From Euglena gracilis (Eukaryota), in NCBI GenBank assembly GCA_039621445.1, contig CP154954.1, positions 13,572,716 to 13,636,715 on the forward strand: a stretch of 64,000 bases of DNA. The letters are read 5' to 3'. This document shows positions 35,501 to 46,176 of this stretch, one piece after another. Position numbers and translations under genes: made by a program. The notes beneath the pieces are model-generated. The model was given only the letters and a program-made list of their open reading frames with translations, searched no databases and was not told the DNA's origin. The first letter of the stretch is position 1, and each line of letters begins with the position of its first letter.

Positions 35501-38500
35501 AAACGGTCCCAATGGCCGAGGATGAACCTCAACCAGCAGAACCTCCGGCACGGGAAACCCGTAGCCCATCGGTCGTGATGCTGGACACTGTGTCAGAAAC
35601 TGCCCAGCGCCCAGGATCGCCGACAGGTGAAATGACACTTGTCCCACCGTCACCACCCTCACTGGGTACGCCGGGCGGACCGACCCCTCCGCGGGAAAAC
35701 CCGCCGGAGACGGTACCCCACACGCTTGAGGTATTACGCCGTAAGCTCCCTGTTTCCGGGGAAACCCCGTCGACAGAGGAGCCAGCGGAGGAGCCCACTT
35801 CAGGTGAAGAACCTGAACGGCGCACCTCGCTGGGCGGACGCGTACTCGGTGGTTTGAGGTCACTGATCGCAGTTGTCACTCCACGTGGCACTGTGGCCAG
35901 TTCTTCCACAGCTGCGGCGGGAACCGCCCAGTCGGCGGAAGACACACCTGACACAACAGCCATGGTGGAGGATGAACCTCCCCCAGCGGCGGCGCCACCG
36001 CCGGTGTAGGAAGCGACACGGACGGAAGGCGAACAGTCAGCAATGGCAGTGGAGACAACAGCAACCGTGCCGGTACGGGATGAACCTGTATCAGCACCGG
36101 TAGCGCCAGCCGAGGCACGGGATGAACCCGCACCTCAGCGCACATCCACCGCCACTGCACCAAAGCATTCGGGAACACGGACACCGGCGCCTGAAAAACA
36201 GGCCGGGCGGACGTCCACGCCCCCACCACAGGCTCAACCAGCGCGAAGTGCGCCGGCCAAGCCTACACCTACACCATCCCCCACGGCAACCCCTGGGAAA
36301 CCCACGGAAGCCGCGAAGGAACGCCTAGGACGACCCTCAGCTCGGGAAACCCCTGCTGAAGGTCCACGACGCTCGGCGTCGGGGAGAAGACCCCCGTCCC
36401 AGGCGTCACCGCGCACCTGGGCAAGCAAGCGCGACGCCGAAAGGCGGCCCTCGGATACTCCGGAAACCGGAAGTCCGAAGGCCCCGGCAAAAACAAAGCC
36501 GGGCGCCGCCCCTTGCAAGCCCGCACCCAAATCCGGTGATCAGCCCCCACCGAAAGGCGGTGGTGGTGCTGGCAGCCAGAGTGCTGCATCCTCTTCTCGG
36601 GGATCAACCTCGGGACAAGGATTCACGCACGTCGCATCATCCGGCTATTGGAAAACCTCACAGCCGAAACCTCCGTCAAAGGGGCAGGGAAAATCCCGCG
36701 CCTCAGCAGCCGAGACACCTTCGGAAGACGAAGTTGTCATCGACTGGACCGCGATCAATCAGGATGATCCTGAGACTCATGACCTGAAAAACAGGTACAT
36801 GATGATCGACCACAAACTAAGGACAAATCAATGCCTCAACCGGTGGATTGAGCCACTGTTCTGTCAGGGCCTAAAATGGTCCTTTGATCAGAACGTGACC
36901 TGGAATTATTACAATTCCAGATCCCCCCGTGTTTTGGCCCAATACTTCGGTGAGGAATTCCTCATCGACAAAACAACGGAAAACCGTTTTGTGTGGCTTT
37001 GCACTGTATGCCACAAGATGTATAACAGTGCACCTGACTTGGGATTACCCCTCATCCATGTGTGCAACCCTTGTGAGTGGTCCAGGTGCATTTTTATAGT
37101 CACCATGAAATCACAGGCTGAAGCCTAATTCAAACAGGCAGATCCTAATTCACAGAAAAAATGATGGTGCTGTCTGTAGGTGGCTGTCAACATACACTGT
37201 TCACTCTGTTGTCTGGGATTACTTTCCTGAGATTGGATTTGTTTGATTTTGTCTGCGGCGCAAGTTTATTTCAAGTTTGGTCATTGCTGTTGGAAGTGGG
37301 ATTTTGGGAAAGAGATTTCAGTGAAAGGGATGTCAAGTCAAGGAAGGGGCTCCAGAAGTCAGGTCCGTGGTAAGGGGACCTCGGACTTTCATGAACAGTG
37401 TACCAGGACAGTGTCCCAGTCCAGTTCGAACAGGGGACGCCATCGAGATGTACAGCCAGATTTGGTGAGATGTCGTTCGGTTGCCTGCCAGACAGATTCT
37501 CTGAGACTGGAATCCGTGGCTTGCCAGACATTTGGCAAAAGGCGGACAAGGGCCAGACTGCTAAAGCGGAGATGGCTCGACCACCAAAAAAGATTTGAAG
37601 ATTTGAAGATTGATGGACAAAATTGGGGACCAGATTGGACATTGCAAAGTGATTGTGATTGGTAATTACAATTTGCTGCAACTTTGATTGTGGTCGGCTG
37701 CAGGGTAATTGTCTTTGACTGTGGCCTGACGCCGCGGTACTGTGTGTACACCTGTGGATCGGCTGCGAAAGAATTTATCCGATGTGGCCTGATGCCGCAG
37801 AAGTGTGCTGCAATTTGGCTGCTAATCATTCATTGGCTGTAACATAGTCACTCAGATCGTGTCACCCCTGTGTGCTGTGTAGTGTGTCGGTGGCAGGTGT
37901 GAAGGCAATCACCCAGGACAGTACCATTGCAATTTCTAATGGACCACTTTTTTGCCTGGCCCCTCAAAAAATTTCGATGCACCTGACCCAATTTGGAGTC
38001 AGGTCAGATTGCCTAGGGCAATCTCTTGAGGAGGGGGGTGTGAGTGGTCCAGGTGCATTTTTATAGTCACCATGAAATCACAGGCTGAAGTCTAATTCAA
38101 ACAGGCAGATCCTAATTCACAGAAAAAATGATGGTGCTGTCTGTAGGTGGCTGTCAACATACACTGTTCACTCTGTTGTCTGGGATTACTTTCCTGAGAT
38201 TGGATTTGTTTGATTTTGTCTGCGGCGCAACTTTATTTCAAGTTTGGTCATTGCTGTTGGAAGTGGGATTTTGGGAAAGAGATTTCAGTGAAAGGGATGT
38301 CAAGTCAAGGAAGGGGCTCCAGAAGTCAGGTCCGTGGTAAGGGGACCTCGGACTTTCACCTTGTGGATCGGAAATCGTTCCACAAGGATGTATACATCCC
38401 CAACTGTGCCGCCTTGGTATGCGCCAAGTGCGTGGACAGTTGGACCCACAAGCACAATTTTAGCTACACCGAGCGAGATGGTACGAATGTACCAGTACTC

Positions 38501-39232
38501 TGCGTCAATTGCCTTCGAGGTACCTTCTGCCAAACTGCGGAAGGCGCAGTTCGCACAATTGTGAAAAGTGCCCAGAAGCCACTGGAGGAATACTCCACCT
38601 TGCACAAAAAGTACAAGGATTTTTTCAAGTACTCCAACCTCAAGCTTGACGACTACCGCCACACGGGAATGGCCCGTGGGTGGCAGATCGACAGTGGGGC
38701 GATACGCCTCGCTGCTGAGGAGGCAGGGGTAAGATTACCTTACCTCTGGGAGACAGCGGACAGGGAAAAGATATTTTTCCGCCTGTTCACAACCCAGGAC
38801 CGAAACGGTCGCTGGTGCCTGCCACAATGGCCACCCGAAGACCACGGGATGACCTGGAAAGACTGGCTGGGGGCCGTATTACGACCCCATACAGTCCGCG
38901 CGGAATGTGCGTATCACATGCCGATTGACTTCCACCCAGGGAATGCCCCGCAGGTATCAGCCAATCACCCACGGATGAATCACTTCATCTGGCCAGCCAC
39001 TCTGCCCAGGAAATTCTGGGAGAAGCTGCAATGGTTCCTCGCGGAAAGAGCGAGTGCAACCAAGCACACAGTCCCCGAAGGATGGGTTCGGGACTGGGTG
39101 GCACCTGACTTCGACTACGAATCGCCAGAAACCTGGCTCGTAGACAGGCCACCACCACCACAATTCCAAATGGTCCTGGTGGAAGATCCCCTGGACTCCT
39201 GCCATGATTATTGGCGGTTGGAAAGGATGTAA
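32570..39232 (+). CDS. Accessory ORF series of unknown function inside element B, probably one or two frameshifted long ORFs
   Basis: Consecutive same-strand ORFs 32570-33184, 33197-33604, 33660-34934 (KG repeat), 35095-36009, 36043-37128, 38210-39232; the C-terminal Cys-rich part is conserved in B'. Confidence 0.7.
37074..38358 (+). mobile_element. TRIM-like non-autonomous mini-LTR element
   Basis: 318-bp near-identical direct repeats 37074-37391 and 38041-38358 with TGA...TCA ends; TSD CCTTG; PPT-like GAGGAGGGGGG before the 3' repeat; no canonical PBS. Confidence 0.9.
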
Positions 39233-40549
39233 TGCCGAAACGGGCCCATGCAAGCTAAGCGCCTTCATGGAGCCTGGATACCCCTTATACTATATACACT
39301 GGTAGCAGAAATCGCTAAACAGCCCTGGGATGAACCTGGGTCTGTGTCACTCTGCGCTCTGGATGGAAACATCCAGGAGCCCCCCCCCCGCCACCCCTCT
39401 ACCAATGGCCATGCGGACGGAAACTGTCTGCAAGAGGTAAGCGCCTCTTATTGCGTCGTGAAGGAGCTACTGCTGTGAAGACCTTGGCAGCCGGGAAACC
39501 TGGCAAGCCGCTAAGTGACACACAGCACACAGCGCGCACGCCGTAATAATAGGCCAACTTGTCACGTTTCGGCCCTAAGGCCCCTCAAGGCTGCCAGAAA
39601 GCAAAAATTCTGTTCTGGCCTAAGCCAGCCCTCCTCTCCTCCCTACTTTCCCCCCACCCCCGCAAAGCTGTCGCCGGCAGTCGGTTTTGTAAGTAGGCTT
39701 TTGTTTCCTAGTGCGGATATGACCGCCTAGGAGCCCTATCCGGGTATGACCAGGATAGGAGCCTGCCCCCCCCCTTCCGCACCTCTCCCCTCGGGTTTTC
39801 AGCGAATACGCCTGACCAACCCCGCGTGCCTTTGGCACACCCAAAGTGGGTGGATGGGACACTTTGACAGGAAACCTGCCAGCCCCGTTTCCCACAGTGG
39901 GCTTTTTTGCACCCCTAAGCCGAAACGGCTAATAGGTAACCGCGATAAGCGGTAACCTTTTGCGCGTTTTCGGGTTCTTGGGTTGCGCCCCTGTGGAGAA
40001 AAGAGATCCGTGTTCTGGAAAGCAGAACCCGATCAGGACTGTGTCCGAAATCCGGACGGGACCTGGGATGACCTGGTCCAAGAAGGAAATCGGGCACAGC
40101 CCTGGGAGGGGGATGTGTACCAGGCACGATCCCAGCTCTGTAGGAAACCTGCAGAGTCTGGATCCGTCACAATCTGACGGCTGTGATGAACACAGCCTGA
40201 CGATCGTGGCAGATCCTATGGGAATTAGCGACACGTATCACACGTGCTCGCGTGATCTCTTTTCCTCACAGGTGGTATTCTATTCTTCACATTCTGCCTG
40301 TTTTGAAGTAAGAGGATAAACCTCTGAAAAGACTGAACACGACTGTGAAGGAAAATCCTTACACAGCGACTTGTCTTGTGCTCTGCCGCAGCATAGGGGA
40401 ATTGGGCAAAAGGGTTTTGTTACTCCAAGGATTTTTACTCACCTAAGTAGGTGCGCAAAACACGCTTTTCCGGGGCGAAAGGGGACAAAGGGAAGTCCTT
40501 GGACGTACACTCCGTGACAGACGGTGACATCCAGCGCCGTTGACTTCCC

Positions 40550-42643
40550 CTAAGACCAGCAGTCAAGCAGGAGGTCCGCTGGGCGGAGGTGACTGTCTCG
40601 GGCCGTCGGCAGGGAAACTTCCTTCTGCACCCGCTGACCGCTGTTGGACAGGGTTTGAAATAGTGCGTCCTGTACAGCGTTGTGGCGGGTTGCGAAGTTG
40701 TTCCTCCGGCAACAGAGGAGGTGGTCACCCTCCTTGTCCAGGTGTTGGCCGCAGCCTGTGCACGGCTGGCTGATATCCGTCAGCACCGGGAGGCCCAACC
40801 ACCACTTTAGTCCCAGGGTATAGTCTTCGGTGGAGAAGGTGGTGTGAGAGTTGTTCGAGGGGGCGGCCGCCATCCAGCCGTGTCCGAAACCCGTGGCCTG
40901 TTCCAGCAGGCGGTTCTGGTCCCGGGGCCGAGCCTGGTCCACCAGGTTGTCCATTGCCTTTTTGCCCAGCTCATGATTCCACCACTTTTGTTTCCGAGGT
41001 TCTTGGTCCGCGGACGCGATTCGTTGTGGGTTGTTCAGGAAGGTGGTCACGGTGGCATGTTTGGCTCCGAGCCTGCCCCTGAGGTCGTCCAAAACAGGTG
41101 TGGCCAAGGAAAGCTGCGGCCTGACTGCGTAGTCGGGCACTCCCACCCGCCGGGCCCCGTCTGAATAGAAGTCTGCCAGGCAGGAAATCCTTGCCGCGGG
41201 TTGAGTGTATGATGGTATGCGGAGTCCGCAGTCACCACTTGACAGGGGTAGCGAGGCCTGTGTCCGCTGTTGCGAGTTGAGTGCCGTGCCCAGTACGTCC
41301 TCGAAGGCGTTCATGATCGCTTCCGAGCAGCTGCTTACTTGGTCTTGGCTGCCATAGGAGTTGGACGCACGTAGGAGATGGTTCACCTTGCAGCCTTCCA
41401 GGCAGCTCCGCAGCAGATGATGCGCTACCTGGGCGTCGGTCAGGGAAGTTATTGTGGATGCGGCCTTCTCGATTTTGGCGGCAGCGTCTTTCCACGCAGT
41501 CTTGGTGGTGTCTGAAGATGCTGGGTCGTTAACTGGGATGCCGAGGACAGTAATGCCCTCCCCTGGTGTCCATGGGACAACTTGCAATCTGTCGCAGCTG
41601 GGTGTACTTTTTGCTCCCGGGCCCCACAGGACGCATTTTCGCAGGTTTAGGCCGAGACCTTTACGGTGGGACTCTTGCAGTAGGAATCGTAGGCAGTGTT
41701 CAACCCTGTCCGGGGTCCCGACCAAAAGGCCGTCGTCTAGGTACCAGCTGTTCCACAGTAGCTGGCCGTCCCTGGTAATCTGTTCCAGTAGGGGCTGTAG
41801 TGCCAGGGCGAACCCAATGGCGCCCAGAGGGCAGCCTTGGTGTGTCCCCCGTTGTGACAGGATGGACCGGCCGCCGCAGAAGAGGGGTACGGGCCCACTG
41901 TAGGCAAACCTTAGGGAATTGAACAGGCTGGGGGTGCCTGTTTCTGCTTCCGTGAGGATTGCCCCGCGGTCCACTGTGTTGAATGCGTTGGAGTAGTCCA
42001 CCTGGAGAGATACCCAGAGCGATGTGTCCCCTAGCCGACTGACGAGGTGTTGCGTGCCCAGGGCGACGGCTTCGGCCGCATTTCGTACCCCTACCCCGAC
42101 CTGTGTGGGTGCGAGGGTTGCGACCTCCGACCTTGCTTTTGGTGTCTGGAGCAGCGCTTTTCCCACCAGGCGTCGAATGGTCTCCCCCACCGCTACCGGT
42201 CGCACCCCATTGTCCTTCTTGCGGAGGGGCGTCAGGTTTGCGCAGAACCAGGCCGCAGCGTGGTGCGGTGGCAGCTGACCGTGAACCCAGACCTGGGTCA
42301 GCCGTGCAAGGGCTGTGATCAGCTTCGCTCCCCGGCCCGGTCTACGCAGACAGTCCTGGAGGTGGCTGGGCCGCAGGCGTGACGGTCCTGCTGCGGATCC
42401 CCGTGGGAAGCGGCGGATGGCCTCCTTCGGTCTGTCCTCCCATTCTGGGGTGTGGTTCTCTGGGAATGGCTGCACTTGCCGTGGGAGGTGGTTGGTGTCG
42501 ACGTTTCTGCCGGCCGGATGCAGCTTTTCCAGGGCGGTCCAGACTTCCGGGTCGTCTGGCTGGTGTGCGCCCTCGGAGAGCAGTACCTGGACCGCCTTTG
42601 CCGACGCCCCTTCGCCCGTGAGGGTGTGTACTCGTCTCGTCAT
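40550..42643 (-). CDS. Reverse transcriptase + CCHC + restriction-like endonuclease of element D
   Basis: VRPVAVGE, DYSNAFN, GTHQGCPLG, SWYLDDG (~41735), CTGC...GDHLLCC...RHN, LRPADLLL. Confidence 0.93.
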   Translation of the reverse strand: MTRRVHTLTGEGASAKAVQVLLSEGAHQPDDPEVWTALEKLHPAGRNVDTNHLPRQVQPFPENHTPEWEDRPKEAIRRFPRGSAAGPSRLRPSHLQDCLRRPGRGAKLITALARLTQVWVHGQLPPHHAAAWFCANLTPLRKKDNGVRPVAVGETIRRLVGKALLQTPKARSEVATLAPTQVGVGVRNAAEAVALGTQHLVSRLGDTSLWVSLQVDYSNAFNTVDRGAILTEAETGTPSLFNSLRFAYSGPVPLFCGGRSILSQRGTHQGCPLGAIGFALALQPLLEQITRDGQLLWNSWYLDDGLLVGTPDRVEHCLRFLLQESHRKGLGLNLRKCVLWGPGAKSTPSCDRLQVVPWTPGEGITVLGIPVNDPASSDTTKTAWKDAAAKIEKAASTITSLTDAQVAHHLLRSCLEGCKVNHLLRASNSYGSQDQVSSCSEAIMNAFEDVLGTALNSQQRTQASLPLSSGDCGLRIPSYTQPAARISCLADFYSDGARRVGVPDYAVRPQLSLATPVLDDLRGRLGAKHATVTTFLNNPQRIASADQEPRKQKWWNHELGKKAMDNLVDQARPRDQNRLLEQATGFGHGWMAAAPSNNSHTTFSTEDYTLGLKWWLGLPVLTDISQPCTGCGQHLDKEGDHLLCCRRNNFATRHNAVQDALFQTLSNSGQRVQKEVSLPTARDSHLRPADLLLDCWS

Positions 42644-43195
42644 GGCCTCACTAAGGGCAGACGGCTGTGTTCTAGAGCGTTTCTCCGCCCTGGTTTACAC
42701 GATGGAGTGTCGTGTCTGTGTGTCCTTCATTGCCTCGGACAGGAGGACGGCGTAATCCCCTTCGCGGAAAAGTCTGGTGCGCCTCAGCAGGATGGACTCC
42801 AGCTCAGCTGCCGGGGGTGGTGTGCTTGTTGAAGCTGGTCGCAGGACGAGCTTTGGGAAGGAGAGTACCCCGAACAATGCTGTGTCTGAGGGTGCGTGGG
42901 CATAGGTATTGATGGCATCCGCCATGGTATCAAAGACAGGTTGTTGGCAGGCCGAAGGTAGGTGAAGGAGGGTCGGGATTTTTTGCTGCAGGACGTGGGT
43001 GATGTCGCATGGGGGGGTGCCCACGACGAGGATGTGCGCGGACTGCCCTCTGAGATTAGACTTCTGCCCGGCGCTTTCGATGACCACTGTGGCGTCGCAT
43101 TCCGGGTGTGCAAGGTCCAACAACAGGAGGTCCTGGTCTCGGACAGCTGCCACCTCCGAGGCGGCGCGGGGTGACGCAGGTGCCGGGCGCTTGGG

Positions 43196-43249
43196 TGGAC
43201 CGGCATTCTCCTCCACGTCCCCACAGGTGAGGAGGCTGCCCCGTCCGCG
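43196..43249 (-). other. 2A-like (StopGo) peptide RGRGSLLTCGDVEENAGP
   Basis: 16/18 identical to T2A EGRGSLLTCGDVEENPGP; NAGP is one base from NPGP. Confidence 0.85.
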
Positions 43250-43819
43250 GTTTGCCCCCCTTCTTGTGCGCACACCGCCCGTGGGTGGACTGCGGCGGAA
43301 GGGCCTACCAAGCCCGATGTTCGAGGGGTGCGTGTTGTCGGCTTTGGAGTGAGGTGCTGGCCTTGGGTTTCTGGGGACGTCCCTGCTGGAAAGCAGATCT
43401 CCTCTGCCCTGGCACGGGGTTGTGGGGCGCATCCCACTTGTAATCTGAAAGGTAGGCGGGCCCGATTGGGCACGTGGGAGGGGGCCGATCAGGCGAATGA
43501 GGGTGTGGCAGTCCCATGGCCAGTGACTTTGGCCACAATGCGGACACTGTTCGTGGCCACAATGCGGCCATTGGCCACTGTTCTGGTGGCGGTAGACGAA
43601 TGTCCCAGAGATACCCTTTTTGCAATAGGAAGAGGCGTGAGGCAAACGGCACGAGCCGGAAGGATCCTTGGGCGCAGTCGAGGGCGACCCATTGCTCGGG
43701 GGGCGGTAGATCCGTGGTCCTGATGTACGGGATTTGGGTGGGGCGTGGACGGTGATACGGTGGCGTCATCCGACACCTCGGGCGGGCGGATGTGTAGGGC
43801 TGGGGCCTCGTGTGTATCC

Positions 43820-44205
43820 GCATGGCCCATGTAGACCAAGAAGGCGGTTCCAAAAGCAGATTCCCATGGGCACGATACAATGGGGTTCCGGTTGGTAATT
43901 GGAACGCGGTCTCCGCAATCAGAAGGAGGTGGTGCAGTTCTGGCCGCGTGGATGGACACAGGAGAAGGACATGTCCCCCTTCTGTCTTGAGTTTGTTAAG
44001 AATTTGAGGCAGCAAGTGCCACGGCGGGTTCATCCACACCGGGTTTCTCCGATTCCTGTCTTGTAGCAGCGCATCTGTGCTCCTATCCCAAAATTGAGGG
44101 TAATGAGTGTTATGTACTGCCGCGAAGGCGTCTATTTCGGGCTCCAGATCTGGGCTCAGCCTTTGGACAACTTTTCTTTGCCACGCGGCATCCAGCATGT
44201 AGTCT
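43820..44205 (-). CDS. N6-adenine (phage Dam/DIRS-type) methyltransferase-like domain in element D
   Basis: DYMLD...PEIDAFAAVHN...DALLQD...VWMNPPW...LLLCP within ORF 43305-44390. Confidence 0.85.
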
Positions 44206-44225
44206 CCGTCAGCCGAGGGGAGTCC

Positions 44226-44276
44226 CGGCCCCGGATCCTCCTCTACACAGCCCCCAGCAGTTGCCGTCCCCCGTTC
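44226..44276 (-). other. Degenerate 2A-like motif ERGTATAGGCVEEDPGP
   Basis: GxVEExPGP pattern, in frame and 7 codons upstream of the MTase domain. Confidence 0.55.
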
Positions 44277-46138
44277 AAGCGACTCAAATTCCTCTGCTTC
44301 CTTCAGAAACTGTGTGGTGCACACGAAATAATGTTGATCCAGCGTTTTGGGTTTGCTGGGCAGTAGGAGATGGCAGAGTCCACAGCGCACCCTGAAGTGC
44401 CCTTTCCTGCAGTCTTTTTGGAAGAGGAAACATTGTTCCCGTTTGCACCATACCGTGAAACGTGAGAGTTCTTGGCTTCTTTTCCTGTGTTGGAATGGGA
44501 CCGTTTTGGGGAGTTCTGCTCTTCTCTGCTTTCTCTTGGTTTGTCTCTCCGGGGGGGTTGCCTCTGGGGTGCACGCACGGACGGGATACTCTTCTCCGCT
44601 TTCGGAGTCCGTCTGCTGCCAGTAAGAGGGTGAGAGGAACTGACCGCCAAATCCAATGGGAATGCTGATGTGGAGGGGGTCGGCCCATTTCCTGGGATCA
44701 TATTTCCACAGGGGAGGAGGGTTAGCGTCCGGTTGGGGGCGATCCTCCTTTCGTCCTGGTGGTGGTTGGCTGGTGGTCTTCTTCGGGGGGGGGGGGCGGT
44801 GTGCATTGTGTGCACACTTCCATGAGGTCCGTCACAGTGGGGTTTTGAGGTGGTGATTTGGGCCTTGGGTGTCCCCACCTCGGCTGGGCAGTGGGGGCGG
44901 CATGTTGGGCTGGGGTCTCCCTGGTGCCCCCCTGGGGGGGTCTCTGCGGGAAGTGTTTGGGGTTTCCCCCCCCCGAGGATAATAGTCCCCGGTGCCGGTG
45001 CTGGTGGGGGGGGTGGGGGCTGAAAGGGTTTTGGAGCCCATTTGGACAACTTTAAGTCCAAACACCTACCCATGTGTTCCCACTTGTGCTTTTTGTCGGT
45101 GAGTCTTTCCTTTAAAATGTCTTCTAGGGGTATGACCCATGGTGTCGACCAACTTTTTTGTCTTAATTTCCAAAAATTCTTTTCATTGACCCCTCTGGGG
45201 GGGCTCCCCTCTCTAGAGGGGGGGGGGGCTCCTGGGAACCAACTGTCCAATCAGCGGACTTCCTGTTTTCATCCTCCAGGGTGTTGTAAATTGGGGTGGG
45301 AATTTGAAAGATGGAGCTTTTTTGGGACTGCTGGGGCTCATTTGGGGGATTGATTTGGGTGCTTTCTGGTGGGGTGTTTCTTGATTCCGGGGCAAGGCAA
45401 ACAGATACCATTCTGGAGAGGATATGGGCCAGGCTTGTTCCATTCAGTCCCAGATCTTCAGTTACTTCTGCAGCAAAACCTTCAGGGCCTGCAGGGCCTG
45501 TAGCAATTGTTGCTCCTCTTGTTGATTCTGGTTGCTGTGATTTTGGTTGCTTTGAAAAGTGCTATTCCAAATTTGCTGAGTGGGGCAAGATGGGGTAATC
45601 CATTGATAGGTGGGGACATACTTGAGGCCCTTGTGGGTTTCTGCTTGGGCTGGGATTCGAACTTGAGCTTGGGGCCACTGGTGGCCATTGATTCATGACC
45701 ATTGCTTGTCTTGGTTCAGCGGCCTGGGCCCATTGATGCTGGGGCCCTGGGGCCCCTTGGCTGCTGGATGCTGCTGCTGCTGTGTGCGGGACGTTTGGTC
45801 GTCTTCTTTGCCAGGGTGGTACATACTTGTCACCCCACCTTTGCTTCAGCCACTCTTTGTGACTGTCTTGCCAACTTCTGGCTCTCTTCTTAGGTGACCG
45901 GTGTATGGGAGGCGGTGTCGGGTCAGACTGCAGTCTGGAACAGACTGCGGCGGTCAGGGCGGGAAGCAACTCGTATAACAACTTCTTCTGCACGTCGGGG
46001 ACTTCGGGACTGCTGGCAGCGGGCTTGTTCTCATCACAATGCATGGCAATGGGCTTGTTGTCGTCACAGGCTTGAGAAGCAGGTGTCGATGGACCAAAAG
46101 TGGAGACCTCCCCCTTTCCAGCCATGTTCATGCGGAGA

Positions 46139-46165
46139 CGAAAAAAATAGACACTCAGAAAGTGT
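46139..46165 (-). other. Euglenid spliced-leader exon copy at the 5' end of element D
   Basis: Minus strand ACACTTTCTGAGTGTCTATTTTTTTCG, followed within 15 nt by ATG codons. Confidence 0.9.
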
Positions 46166-46176
46166 GAGTAAGTTAG

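Larger units (their letters stand above)
25020..40511 (+). mobile_element. Ty3/Gypsy chromovirus-like LTR retrotransposon B with degenerate N6-MTase-like domain and ~7 kb accessory region
   Basis: LTRs 25020-25431 and 40114-40511; 5-bp TSD CCGTG (25015-25019, 40512-40516); PBS TGGTAGCAG at 25432; PPT GGGAGGGGGA at 40104-40113. Confidence 0.95.
40512..46165 (-). mobile_element. CRE/SLACS-like non-LTR element D: SL exon, leader ORFs, 2A-like motif, N6-MTase, 2A-like motif, RT, RLE
   Basis: SL at 46139-46165; ORFs 43305-44390, 42695-43645 and 40550-42643; continues at 25019. Confidence 0.9.

Noticed and set aside
43196-43249. Vector-derived T2A contamination
   Set aside because: It differs from T2A at two residues, has no GSG linker or reporter next to it, and sits in the retroelement coding region.
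44680-44725. Third 2A-like motif LLPCGNMIPGNGP
   Set aside because: It lacks the D(V/I)ExNPGP core; resemblance is too weak.
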